From assembly GCA_003427395.1 (NCBI GenBank), contig BFEA01000001.1:13243552-13307551 (forward strand): a DNA stretch of 64,000 nucleotides, written 5' to 3'. Source of the DNA: Chara braunii. Lineage: Eukaryota > Plantae > Charophyceae. This document shows positions 1 to 12,630 of this stretch, one piece after another (the first letter of the stretch is position 1; the number at the start of each line of letters is the position of its first letter). A program made the translations under genes and the position numbers. Under the pieces are notes generated by a model that saw only the letters and a list, made by a program, of their open reading frames with translations, ran no database searches and had not been told where the DNA came from.

Positions 1-80
1 TATTTTTGCATGTTATCACTGTGCCCGTTTTTTGCTTTTATTCTTTGTTCCGCAAAGTGCGCTCTTTTAGTTCGTAGTTA

Positions 81-662
81 TGTGACAATATATATATATA
101 CCACGTACTGACCTGCGAAAGGTGGTGCCTTGATGCAGGTGCGGACGTGCTGAAGACGAAGCTGGAGCAATGGCCACGTAGGTAAGTCTCAGGTAAGTCC
201 CCTGACTGTCATCACCATCTCCCCCTCCCTGCGCTATTTTACTCTATCAGCGGCCAGCGCTGGAAGACTAGTCCTATCGTCGACTACTGCTGCACTGTTG
301 TCGTCCGAAGTATGCCTCAGCTCGATCCTCTACCGAATCCCCGAACTGAGGCTGGACCCAGCTATATATAGCACTGGGTCGGCCTCAATGGCTGAGTCCT
401 AGCGCCCAAACTGAGGCTGGGCCTCCAGCACCTACTGAAACGGCGCGGCCTCACCTTGGCGCCAAAACGCGCGCCAGGGCCTGTAACCAAAACGAGGCCT
501 ACAGGGCCTCTCAACTGGTACCAGTCCTACTCAGGCCTAAAACCGGCCTACCGACCCTGCAGACCCTACTGAGGTTGGAAACGACACAGACCCTACCTTC
601 TATGGACCCCTAGCCTACCTGGTCGGGCCCTGCTGGGCCCGTGTGGACCTGAGTATGCCACA
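81..662 (-). repeat. 3' LTR of gypsy element 1
   Basis: On the - strand a polypurine tract AAGGAGGGGGGAG (675-663) directly precedes TGTGGCA..., and the segment ends ...TGTCACA at 81, giving TG..CA termini with a short inverted repeat. Confidence 0.8.
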
Positions 663-3600
663 CTCCCCCCTCCTTGAAGGACCGAGCTTACCTGCGAGGG
701 CGAAGCTGTCTGTTGGAGGGAGGGACTGAAGTCCGGGTGGGAGGCTTTGCAGCTTCCGCGGCCATAATCGGCGTAGGTAAGTGGTGTGGAGGCTTGCAAA
801 GCTGCTCGTGAAATCCATCGCGTGTCATCACGGTCGCACCACTTGAATGTGACCTTGTACTGCATTGGCTTTTTGTCGTGCTTGCGATGCGTGATGACGC
901 GATCGACTTCCTGATTACCATCCATGGAAGGAGGGTCCTGCAATCGTCGACCCGGGAAGTCGTCGCTCTTAGCTGGTGTATATGTGGCCAGCTTGGAGGC
1001 GTGGAAAATCAGGTGCACCATGAGATGCGGCGGGATTTCGATCACAAAGGAAGGGCCATCGAGCTCATCACCGCGGCTGATATGACGGTCCATGGTCCAA
1101 ACCACTTTGAAAGTAGCTTGCGCGATACGTCTTGTTCAAGCGCAAACTCCTCCGTGGAGACCCAAACAAGGTTGTCGGCGATTATAGGGCATGGCACGTG
1201 ACGCCTATTAGCTTGCTGTTGCATGCGGACTTGAGCCTTTTGCATGTTGGCGCGGGCTTTAGCCAGCAAGTCCCTATACTTCCGAACTGAGGCGGGAGAA
1301 CAAGCGGCGTCAATATCGACAGTCCGAGGAAATGGAAGATCAGTGAAGATACGGCCTTTCCGGCCACTGTGGTGCGACTCGAATGGAGTCACGCCGATCG
1401 CCGGATGCAACGAAGTGTTGTAGGCGAACTCGATATCGGGGAGGGGGTCAACCCAATCCTCTGATCCGGACGGATGAGCGTACGAAGCATCATTTGAGCG
1501 GTTTGATGTGCCCGCTCCGTTTGCCCGTCCGTTTGTGGATGCTGAGCCGAGCTTGGTTTCATCTCAGTGTCGGACTCCTTCATGAGAGAAGTCCAAAATA
1601 CCGACATAAAACGAGTGTTGTGGTCGTTGACGATGTCTTCCGGAACGTCGTGGCCGCAAATCCAGCCGATGTGCAAGAGTCACGCAAGCTCGAGAGTCGT
1701 GGCGTAGTACTTGCAAGGAAGAAATCGTGCGTACATGTCGTCGTGCCCGAAGCGGTCGCGGGGGAACGGGCCGGTGACGTCCATGGCAATGGAGAGCCCG
1801 GGTTCCCGCGGGATAGGCAACAGGCGTAACTCGTAGTAGGGGTTGCGATTGCGGGGTTTTCTTCGTCGACAAACTTCGCAAGAGTCGCAATACCAAGCAA
1901 CCTCGGTAATGAGGTCAGGCCACCGGAATCGTTCCCGAAGTCTTGCGATCGTACGATTGACTCCGAAGTGGCCGGCGAGTCGCGAGTCATGGTACTCGCC
2001 GAGGAGGCGAGTCCGTAAACGACGGTCGTGTGGGACGCATAGTAAGTCCTTGCCTCGTGAGTGAAGAAGCAAGTAGCCGTCAACGACGCGATAATGGTTG
2101 GTCAGCGGGTGATGCGCCGGATAGTTGCTCGTAGAGTGTGGCGTATTCCGGATCGGACTTGTATGCTCGCACATAATGTTGATGAAGGGCGTCGTTGAAG
2201 TTGAACGCATGGTGAGTCAGTGCACAAAGATCTGATCTTCGTGAGAGAGCATCCGCGGCTCGGTTGGAGAGGCCCGAAATGTGTTTTGGTGTGAAGTCGA
2301 ACTGATCGATGAAGTACATCCATCGAGTGATCATGCTGCTCACCGTGTTTTGCGTCCTGTAGTAGGTCAATGGGTTATTGTCCGTAGCCCAAGTGAACCT
2401 ACGACGCCCAAGGACGAAGTGCCGCCAACGCTTGAGTACTGTGACGAAAGCAAGCAACTCCTTTCGCGCATCATCAACCGAGTTCATGGGAGGCACCTTT
2501 TGGTTGAAGTACTCAACCGGATGCCAATCTACTTCGTCGTGTTGTTCCAAAACTGCACCCATGCCGTAGCCGGAAGCGTATGTAGTCACTCTCGTAGGCA
2601 AGGTGGGATCGTCGATACTCAAGACGGGAGCGAGGAGCAACACCGTCTTCAATTTCTGGAACGAACTTCGGACTTCGTCGGTGAACTAGAAGGGCACCTT
2701 TGGAGACTGCAATCTTGACAAGGGTGCGGCGATCCGTGGTAGTACCCGGCCAATCGCATAAAAGAGCGAACTTTCGTGGTGTTGGTCGGTTCCGGCCAAT
2801 CTTGGATGACCTTGATCTTGTCAGCGAGCGGACGGATGCCTTGCGGCATCACAAAGTGGCCCAAGTACTCGAGCTCTTATTGTGCGAATTCGCACTTGGC
2901 TCGGTTGGCCTTGTACTTGGCTGTATGTAGCCTGTCCAAAACAGCGTGTAGATGCACGATGTGCTCGTCCAAAGTGCGGCTATACACCAAGATGTCATCC
3001 ATCTAGATGAGCACGAACCAGTCCAACATGTCGCGCAACTCCGTTTTCATTGCCGCTTGGAAGGTGGTCGGGGCATTCGTGAGGCTGAAAGGCATTACGA
3101 CCCACTCGAAGTGCCCGTACCGTGTCTTGAACGCGGTTTTGTAGCGATCTCTTGGATGGATCTCGAGTTGGTGGTAACCAGCCTTGAGGTCCAACTTGGA
3201 GAAGTACTTGGCGCCGCCCAAACGTTCGAGAAGATCGTTGATGCGTGGGAGCGGGCCGACATTCTTAATGGTTTGAGCGTTAAGCTTACGATAGTCAATG
3301 CATAAGCGCAGCTCCTTGTTCTTCTTCCGAACGAAGAGAACGGGTGCACCGTAGAGCGAGCAGCTAGGGCAAGCCATTGTCAATGAGGTCATCGAGTTGC
3401 GTTCGTAGCACTTCGAGTTCCTCCTCGCTCAATACATTCGTGCGGAGGTACGGCCCCGTCTTCGAGGATGATCTCGTGCCGAATTGGCCGATTCGGTACG
3501 ATTCCGGCGGGGGCTTCAAAGATGTCGCCATAGGAGTCAAGAAGCTCGACAATACGTGGATCCGGTGGCTGTTCCGCCGCTGGTGCGTCGGGAGGAGGGA

Positions 3601-6165
3601 GGGCGTGCAAGAAGCAAATGCCCATTTCCTCCACGTCGTTCCGTGTGGAGTTGTGAATGCTTGCTGCGGACAGCACGTGACAACCAATCGAAGGGTGAGG
3701 TGGGGGGACCGTACATGGAACAAGTACCCCATTCCGGTCACGAACGTGAACGGTGTGGCGGTAGACGTTCACCGGGTGGTCCTCGCTGCGCAGCCATGAC
3801 ATGCCCAAAATCATGTCGAACTCTGTGTCCAATATGTCAAAGGACACGGCCTCGCGTGCATGCGGGCCGAAGTTCTCGGGGACGGAGTCAACGCACCGGT
3901 CCATGGACTTGTGCGTAGGACCGTCGACCAACGTGGCTTGCGTGGGCTGCGATTTCCTTCGAACGCGCGACCCAAGGCCGGCACGTGCCATGAAGTCTTG
4001 GTAGATGTAGTTGCGAGTAGCTCCACAATCAATCAAGGCGCTGCAGGTCGCCTTCCTGATCTGAATGCGGACGTAGAGTAACGGTGCGTCGATGTTATCG
4101 TACCGTTGAGTGGTGTACTCGCGGTCAATCTTTGCAATGTACTTACGAAGGTCAACAACCACTACTCCGTCTTCCATCACCGGAGTTGGTACTGCAGCGT
4201 GCAAGTAGTTGCGCAGTTCTGCCATTAAGGCATTGCAATGCAGCTTCGGCAAGGAACCAAATGGGGGAAGAGGCATCCATTGGAAGTCCTTCGGCGTCAA
4301 TGGGTCAAGGTCCTCAAGCCTAGACCATACCGACGAGTCACCGAGTAGTGTTGGCAAGGATGCTGGTTCACTTGGCGATGGTGATGAAGTTGCGCACGCA
4401 TATGACTCTTGCACGTGGAGAGGTTGGTCCAACGGAGGGACCAGCTGGACACCATAGTCTTCGTAACTTTTGTGAAGACTTGCGACATAGGCATGTTACC
4501 CGGACGTGGAGGAGGTTGCTAGCAAGGCAACCATGTCCGGCGGCGTAGGAAGTGGAGTCGCCTCAATTCCCGCGGAGCTCAGTTTCCTGAGCTTTGTCGT
4601 GGATGGACGTCTTCTTTGCCTTTGTCGGGGCATTGCGACGTCGTATGCTTGGTGCTATTGCACCAATAACAACAGTTCCACTTCTGGCGGAGCTTGTATT
4701 GCTCCTCCGTGAGGTGAAACTTCTTCCACGGCTCGTTCGGCTGTCCGGCTTCCGTCGTTGACGCGGATTTCGCCTTTTTCTTCTTGTTGTTGGGTCGTGG
4801 TGGAAGGGCGTTAACTCCATCTCCTTCACTAGACTTGTGAGTTAGCGCCTGGTCGTCCTCTTGTCCATCAAGTTGGACAGCAGCGACTGGCTGCGTCCGT
4901 GGGCCTTTGCCCTTCTCCACAAAGTTCTGTTGGCTTTGCCGCTCGTTGGCAGCCCACCGATTTGTTTGGATTACTTCGCGCGCCTTGTCCACGATCTGGT
5001 CACAGTCCGTGTACAGGCTGCACTCCCCGAGGGTGGTGCTCAATGCATCGACCGACTGCTGGAAAAATTCGCGACAAAGATGCACGAATGGTATATCCAG
5101 GTTCGGAATCGTCTCAAGTTTCTGCCACTCGGTTAGCCATTCTCGTGTTGACTGGCTGCCTTGATGCATGCTGAAGATCCGGTTCGCGCCTTTGCCTTGA
5201 GCTTCGCCGACGGTGAAACGTTTCCACCACTTCTCGGTCATGCCCTCCCAAGTGATATTGGTGTAGAGCTTAGCGACCTCGACGCCTTCGGTTTGTGCCA
5301 GGTGGTTGAGCCACACTTGGCTGGCACCGGTGCTGCAAAGGTAAAGAGCTAAGATCTTTGATTCTGGCTGGACCAAGTGAATGGAGAGCTCGTTGGTGAG
5401 CCCTTGCCGGTCCGCCTTGTGGTAGTCATCAAACTTGTCGATGCTAAACTTCGGCATCTTGTACTGCTTGGACGTCACACTGTTGCAGGTCCCGGTTGGT
5501 TGCTGCTGCAGCTGACACAGGTCCGCTTGTAAGGCGGCTATTTGTTGGCTGATGGTCGCCGGTCGTTGCGCCACCAGGTGATCCATTCGTTCCTCCAGCT
5601 CGCGGATCGATGGATCGGTACTTGAGGAAGCCGTGTGCCTGTGCGGCACCTCATCCTTCTCCAGCACGTCAAGGGGGGAATGGAGACTCTTGAGAGTCTC
5701 CTCATAATCAGAAATGACATGTGCCTGCCGAGCCAACTCCACTTGTTGCCAGTTATAAGTGAGGATGACTTGGTGCATGATGTTGGCGAGGGCTGACTTG
5801 GTCTGTTCCTCCGCAGTTGGTTCCGTGTTCGTCTCTGCCGGATCAAAATTCCATGCTTGGAGAACGGCGGTATGAACAGCTTCCTGCTGCATGAGGACGG
5901 ATGCGGCATCTCATCGAGCTTTATTATGGTTGGCAGCTGCTTCAGCGTGCTGCCGGCACCGTTGCTCCGCGTCGCATGCAATGGCGTTGAGGCGTGCGGC
6001 TTCGGCTGCCGCCTCACGTCGCTGTTCCTGTTGTACTTGTTGCATGTAGGTGGCCAGGCGGGCCATGAAGGCCGTCATGGTCTCACCTTGCTGCCGGACT
6101 GGCGCAGCGTCGAGGGCTCCTGCAGGTATCGCAGTGGAACTCACCTGCTGGACCTGTGGGACCAG

Positions 6166-6775
6166 GGGGTTCGTACTGCACACCTCGCGTGGACTCCCGG
6201 ATGCGGCATTGTCCACCGTGGGGTTGCCTTGTGCCTCCATGTCAGAGGGGAGGGGCAGGGGTAGCTGCTGTTCTGCTGCAGCTGCCTGCCCTTCACGTGC
6301 TGCGATGCGTTTGCTGCGTCGGAGCATAAGCTGTGGTTGGCTGTACTTTGTCGGCTGACGCGGCACTGCTGCCTTGGCCCTGCTGCTGACGTGGCACCTG
6401 CTGACGTGGCACTTTGCTGACGTGGCACGTGCTGATGTGGCATGTGCTGATGTGGCACTTGCTGATGTGGCACTTGCTGGCGTGGCACTTGCTGACGTAG
6501 TTGGGGTTCGTACTGCACACCTCACGTGGACTCCTGGATGCGGCATTGTCCACCGTGGGATTGCCTTGTGCCTCCATGTCAGACGGGAGGGGCAGGGGTA
6601 CCTGCTGTTCTGCTGCAGCTGCCTGCCCTTCACGTGCTGCGATGCGTTTGCTGCGTTGGAGCATAAGCTGTGGTTGGCTGTACTTTGTCGGCTGACGCGG
6701 TACTGCTGCCTTGGCCCTGCTGCTGACGTGGCACCTGCTGATGTGGCACTTTGCTGACGTGGCACGTGCTGATGA
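6166..6775. repeat. ~337-bp tandem duplication with embedded 15-bp GCTGA(C/T)GTGGCAC repeats in the gag 5' region
   Basis: GGGGTTCGTACTGCACACCTC recurs at 6166 and 6503 with near-identical downstream sequence; GCTGACGTGGCAC clusters at ~6385-6500 and ~6720-6775. Confidence 0.9.
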
Positions 6776-8204
6776 GGGACTTGCTGAAGTAGTTCAAAGA
6801 GGGGTGGAAAGAAGCACGCAGACAGGCAAACATTGGTTGGCAAGTTCCAATCCCGGGTACTAATCAACAGAAAAAAAAAAAAAAAAAAAAAAGATCTCCC
6901 CTTTTTTTTTTTTATCTGTCAATTTGAGAATTAGGGAGGCATCTATCAGATAAAGAGCAGCAGAAAGGGTAACATTCGGATTTTGAAAAATGTTTGTTAA
7001 TCTTAAAAAACGATTCTCACTCGTTAACGGTATTAGAAAAGGTTCACAACATTCGTGGAAATTTCCAGAAAAGAATTTCTCGGAATTATTCCGATTTTTA
7101 GAAGACGAAATTCGTAACAGGAATTCCGCGTTGAAAATCACGGAATAATTTACTTCGATTTCCGAGAAAACTTACGAAATAACTCACTGAAAAAAATTCA
7201 CGATTTTCGAAAAACGAAATCGGTCATAACCTTCTTCCTCACCCTAAGTCCGATTCGACACAGTTTCCGCAAAATTCACGGAATGTCGGGAATTTTTGGG
7301 ATTTCCGAAATGTTGGTGGTGATTTCTATATGTACATTCTTACCACCAATGATAATGAGAAAAGCTACGATTGATTCAGCTAATATATGAAGATCATCTC
7401 TTTTTTTCGCGGATTTCGCGGAATACCAAAATTTTACATTTTCAGGATTTTGAACTTCGCGGATTTCACGGAATGCCAAAATTTTGGAATTTCTGAGAGT
7501 ATCGGATTGGCACGTGCCGAAAATTCGAGCTTCAGAATTAGTAACTTACCACAGAGAGAAAAAAAGAAACGAAAGAAAAAAAAGAACTTGCAAACTTTAA
7601 TCCGCTAATTAGTTGTTAATCTTGATTAGGGTTAGAACGCTAATCACGGATTAGTGCTAATTCGTGACTAGTGCAAATCCGGGGTTAGTGTTAACTACCG
7701 CTAATCAAGGTGACAACTTCAGTAGAACAGAAAAAGAAAAACAAAAATTGCCAAAATTTGACTAATCCCTACTTCATTCATCAATCAGTCAATCAATCAA
7801 GTTGGTTTCTTTATTGGGCAGATCCTCTTTCGAGAGGTCTGCTCCGATACCAAACTCTCGCATACCAAGATGGTGCAGACCAGAACCAAGAACCGACCTC
7901 TCACAGATAGAGCAGGATAGCGCAGTGGAAGGCTAGAATTCAAATGATCAGACCCAACCAAGGTCGAAATGCAGACTGGACATACATCATCATCATCACA
8001 CGGTGTGAATGGCCTGGCGCCGCACACAGGACGAAGGTGCCAGGCCTAACTCAGACACAGATGAGGAGGAGGGGAAAGAGACGAAGGAGAAGGGGGAAGA
8101 GATGAGAATGTCGTCAATTCAAATGTCGCTGATATCAATCCCAAGTAGTCCCCCCAACGTCTCTGTCCAAATGTTGAGTCTGAATCCCAAGTGACGTTAA
8201 TCTC

Positions 8205-9457
8205 TGTTATGATCCTGGCCAATTTTGAGATACACATTCATCAGATAGTACAATGCCGTCCAATTGCAGAAAGAAATGAATGAACTTGAGAGGAGAGAGA
8301 AGGTTAGAAGAAGCAGAAGAAGTAAGAAAGAAGAAGAAGATGATGTACACCAGCATACACAAATGACAAAGCTCTTCTTCTTCGCCCAACTCTCTCTTCC
8401 TCATTATCTCCTCCTCTCTTATTCACACAAGAAATAATAATACAATGTTGAATGGCTGAACCAGAATCAATGTCCGAATCCCTCTTCTACTGCTGGTATC
8501 ATTTGAGGTCCACCATAGCCATGGCCGCCTACCTCACTCTTCACTCTCATAGGCCGAGGCTATGGTGGATTGCTTGGGCCTTGCCCTGCTGTGCAAAGGA
8601 CAACACAAAGCAGTTATGGCTGCTCTAGCTCAGGCCGCCATGCCTGACTCTGCCTCGAAGCTTCTTGGTGGAGCTCTCCCCAGCTGGGGTCTCCCTGCTG
8701 CAGCGCCCACTAAGGTGATGAAGATGTCTGCGCTCCTCCCCCTTCCTGTCCTTCTTCCTCCTCCAAGTCCTTGCTTCTTCCCCAGCAGCGCTGCTCCAAG
8801 CTAGCGCTGCTCCAGCCAGCGCTCCAACCAGTGTGTCGCCAAACTTGCACACCGACAATGAGGCTGGGCTCTTCGCCTGGCCTGGAGATATAGCGGCCTG
8901 CTTGCCTCCTGGGCGGTGACTTCCAGGCCACTCGGCCTCCCAAGCAACCGGTACCTCCTCCCTTTCAGAGGGAAACATCATTGCAGACTCTGATATTGCC
9001 CGTACAGGCCCTAGACTCAGACTGGTACCCGCCTAGACCTAGCCTACAACTACTGGGCCTCTAAAAATGCCACTTTTGTCTTCTTCTGCTCGGCCTCCAG
9101 TACCCGGCACATCTACCGCTTCAGGGTGTGGTACCGGCCTACCTGCTACTTGAGTGTTTCCCCGCTGCTTCAAGTGTTGCGGGCCTCTTNCCCCGCCACT
9201 TGAGTGTTTTCCCCCGCTGCAATCCTCAATGCCACGGCCACGGTAAGTACCGGCCCTGAGGGCCCAACGAACGAACAAGTGCCCTTACGGCCACACACAC
9301 ACTCAAGCCAACCAGCAGTCAGACAGACATGCGGTCCAGCAAGCGTGCACACACACAGACTTAGTAGCAAGCGGGAAACTCAGCAAGGCATTCAATCCAT
9401 GAGCAAAACTAAAAAATCAGCCGTGTGTTTCAGTCCATGTTTGGTCGGGTCATCACA
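8205..9457 (-). repeat. 3' LTR of gypsy element 2
   Basis: PPT GAGGGGGTAGTAG (- strand, 9470-9458) is followed by TGTGATGACCC; the other end reads ...GGATCATAACA at 8205 (imperfect terminal inverted repeat, TG..CA). Confidence 0.7.
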
Positions 9458-12149
9458 CTACTACCCCCTCAAGAGCGAGGTCCCTTTGAGCGAGTAACTC
9501 ATACTGAGTCCTCGACAAACGCATCGTAGGCGAACAAGGCAAAGAGATTTCGAGAATACTCTGTCGCAGTGAGTTTGGCAGAGATTTTAGGTGCATCATT
9601 AGAGGCGATTTGTTGCTCGTAGGCTTTAACAACTCGAGGTGTGCTGCGCAGCAGTTCCTGCTTGGAAATCCAGTATAGATCATCCAACGGGTGATACATG
9701 AAATGAACCTGGTTCTGTCTGTTGCGTCCCTTCCCTACGTGTTGTTTAATTATGTATATCTCATATCCGCCATTGATTGCACGAGGAATCATGTCTTCAC
9801 GGTAATCGAACGACTTAGCATCACGGTGGAGATACAGTTTTGATGCATGAAACACGGGATATGTGCGCAGATGAGGTGGCACAACAACTACGTATGAAGG
9901 GCCAAAGCTATCTTCGCCAATCGCATCCAGAACCTCCCACGGACCATAATAGAGTGGGAGAAGTTTACGTGAGACTCCCTCTTCTTCCGAAAATTCAGAC
10001 ATCTTGACCCAGACATAACTTTCCACCTCAATATCTATTTGAAGGTCGGCGCTTCTTGTTTGCATGATGGATCGTGGCATGTTGTCGCTTGGTCATTGCT
10101 GCGATGGCAACTTTGAGCAAGTGATCGTACTTGGCCCTGAAGCCAGGCCTGCCGGGTGTTAAACCAGCTGGCTGATCAGGGAATAGGTAGGAGAGCGGAT
10201 TACGAATCTGCCAACCGTTATGCAACCTGTTTGGTGTCATGTCGGTGGCAGAGTGGATGGAGTTGTTGTACAACCCCCTAACGGAATACAGCTCTTCATC
10301 CCATGTTTCTTGATCCAGAATGATTAAAGCGCGGAGAAGTTGGAACACAGTTTGGTCGACTTCCTCAGCCAAACCGTTGGCATACTTTTTAAAGGCATTT
10401 AATTTTTCCTCTTCATTATTCACATCAGAGTCATGGGCAGAAGAGTAGGCCGTGTCAGGGTCCTGTTCGTGGTCGTCACCAAGACTGGGGTCGTCTGCAT
10501 ATGCCTCCTCATCGGTCTCCAACAGGTCATGCAGAACCAAACGATTGCTGCATCTGAACCGCCTGCCGCCAATAGGCTTTTTGCTGCCTGTTATGGTAAT
10601 GAGGTCTTGTGCCTCAAGGCTGACCACATCCTGCATGAGGGAAAGCCAGTCCGTGTAACCAATGAGCTCTTTGCCTAAAGGGACCGAACCAGAATTCAGG
10701 GAAGAACTATGTCCAACTTCCCAAGGGAAATCCCATCGAAACCGGAGGATGCAGCCACTAAACCATGGGTTGACCTCCGGATCAGTGAAAATGATTGGAG
10801 GGTTAGGCTCAAGAAGGGGATATGCCTACATTGCCAGAAACCAAACCATAAAGTACAAGAATGTTATAGGCTGCAGGGAAACCAGAACCGGGCGTAGAGT
10901 TGACTTCAACATCCTCTACGGCAAGGGAGACTGAATCTGATGCAAATCAGAAGTCCTCCCTTGGAGCCCAATCTTCTGCTGATTCCAAGGCTGAAGTGTG
11001 TCATGCTTCGTATGTCTAGCCTTGGGAGGAGTTTGAGATGGTTGACTTCCACTACCACTTGGAGCATTGGGTTGAGATGAAACATCAGCGTGCCCAAGGG
11101 ACAATGAAGTTGATCTTCTTCAAACTTCTCATTAACCACCACTATCTCCGTGTCTTAATTGATTGTGGTGCAACTACTAACTTTATGTCACCACACGGGA
11201 TACGGAAAGTGGGTTTGGGAATGAAGCAAGTGGCTTTGCAGAACCCTTGCCGGACCCAAGTAGGCAACAAGGAAGTTGTCTCCTCTACGCATGTAGTCAA
11301 AGGTGTGCGCACTACCTTTGACAAGGACAAAACCGTCATACACGCTTTGAACTTCTATGTCCTTGACAAGTGTCCCTTCGATGCTGTCCTTGGCTTGGGC
11401 TGGCAGCAGTCCCAATGCGAATGGACTAAGTGGAAGGAATCACTTTTCATGGTCAAAGATGCTCAAGGGAACGAGTTTCCCGTCCTCTTGGATGAGAAGC
11501 ATGAGTCCCTAGTGACTTTTCTGAATGCCATGCAGTTCTGCAAGAAATGACTCAAGCACAAAGAGGATGAACGATTGTATGTTGCCTTTGTTCGCCCTAC
11601 TCATGTGCCATCTACTTTTGCGGCTAGTACCAATACTACGTCTAGTGATTATACTTTTAGCCCTTCTACTTCTTTACCTACCCCTAATCTAAATGATTCT
11701 ACTTCAGATTTGGTTGCCTCCATTCGCAACCAGCGATCTGATCTAGGTGACCCTTTTGCTGACCCTTCATCCCCACCGGTCCCAAGAAACATCCAAAACC
11801 TACTTTATCGGTTCCCATAAGTTCTGGCCGAACCACGTGGAGTTCCCACGCGATCGGTCCGACACACCATCGAGTTGGTCGAAGGTGCTGTTCCTCCAAA
11901 AGGCTGCGTATACCGAATGGGATCCGGCGAGTTGGCGGAACTCCGGCGACACATTGATGAAATGATTGACAAGGGTTGGATCAAGCCTAGTGAGTCTGAA
12001 TTTGGTGCCCTTTGTTTTGTTTGTCCCGAAGAAAGGAGGCAAGTTCCACATGTGTATTGACTATCGCGGTCTAAACCGCATCACAGGAAAGAACGCCTAT
12101 CCATTGCCTTGCATAGACGACTTGCTTGATGCAGCAGGTGGGTGCAAGT

Positions 12150-12593
12150 GTTTTTTTTTTTTTTTTTTTTTTTTNCATACGACGGATAAAAAAAAAAAAA
12201 AAAGAAGAAGACAAAGTGCCTGTTTCGAACAGGCACCATGTGTATAACGCGGGCCACTGTTATCATTGCCGTTTTGAACTACGGTCGGGACGGACCTGCG
12301 GACGACTGTTTTTTTTGCCCATTCAAAACGTGGGTTGTGACCCACGAGCCGTTGCCCCTTTTTTTCGTTGCCCCTTTTTTTCTTCTTCTTCTTCTTCTTC
12401 TTCTTCTTCTTCTTTGCTGTTTTTTCCCCCCTTCTTCTTCTTCTTCTTCTTGAACTTCTTCTTTGCTTGTTTTTTCCCTTCTTCTTTTCCTTCTTCTTTT
12501 CCTTCTTTTTTCTGTTTTTTTTTGTCTTCTTATTCTTCTTCTTCTTCTTCCTTGCTATTTTTTTTCCCTCCATCTTCTTCTTCTTCTTCTTCT

Positions 12594-12630
<37 letters not shown>

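Larger units (their letters stand above)
81..6860 (-). mobile_element. Degenerate Ty3/gypsy chromovirus LTR retrotransposon (3' LTR present, 5' LTR not found)
   Basis: Frameshifted - strand ORFs in gypsy order: gag with CCHC knuckle (CYWCNSTKHTTSQC, 4579-5892), aspartic protease (ALIDCGAT, 3389-4432), RT ([22 protein letters not shown], ~2650-3390), RNase H (2080-2652), integrase (HDSRLAGHFG...CDSCEVC; HPQTDGQTER, ~1040-2210), chromodomain (QYKVTFKW...DDTRWI, ~700-1105). Confidence 0.95.
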
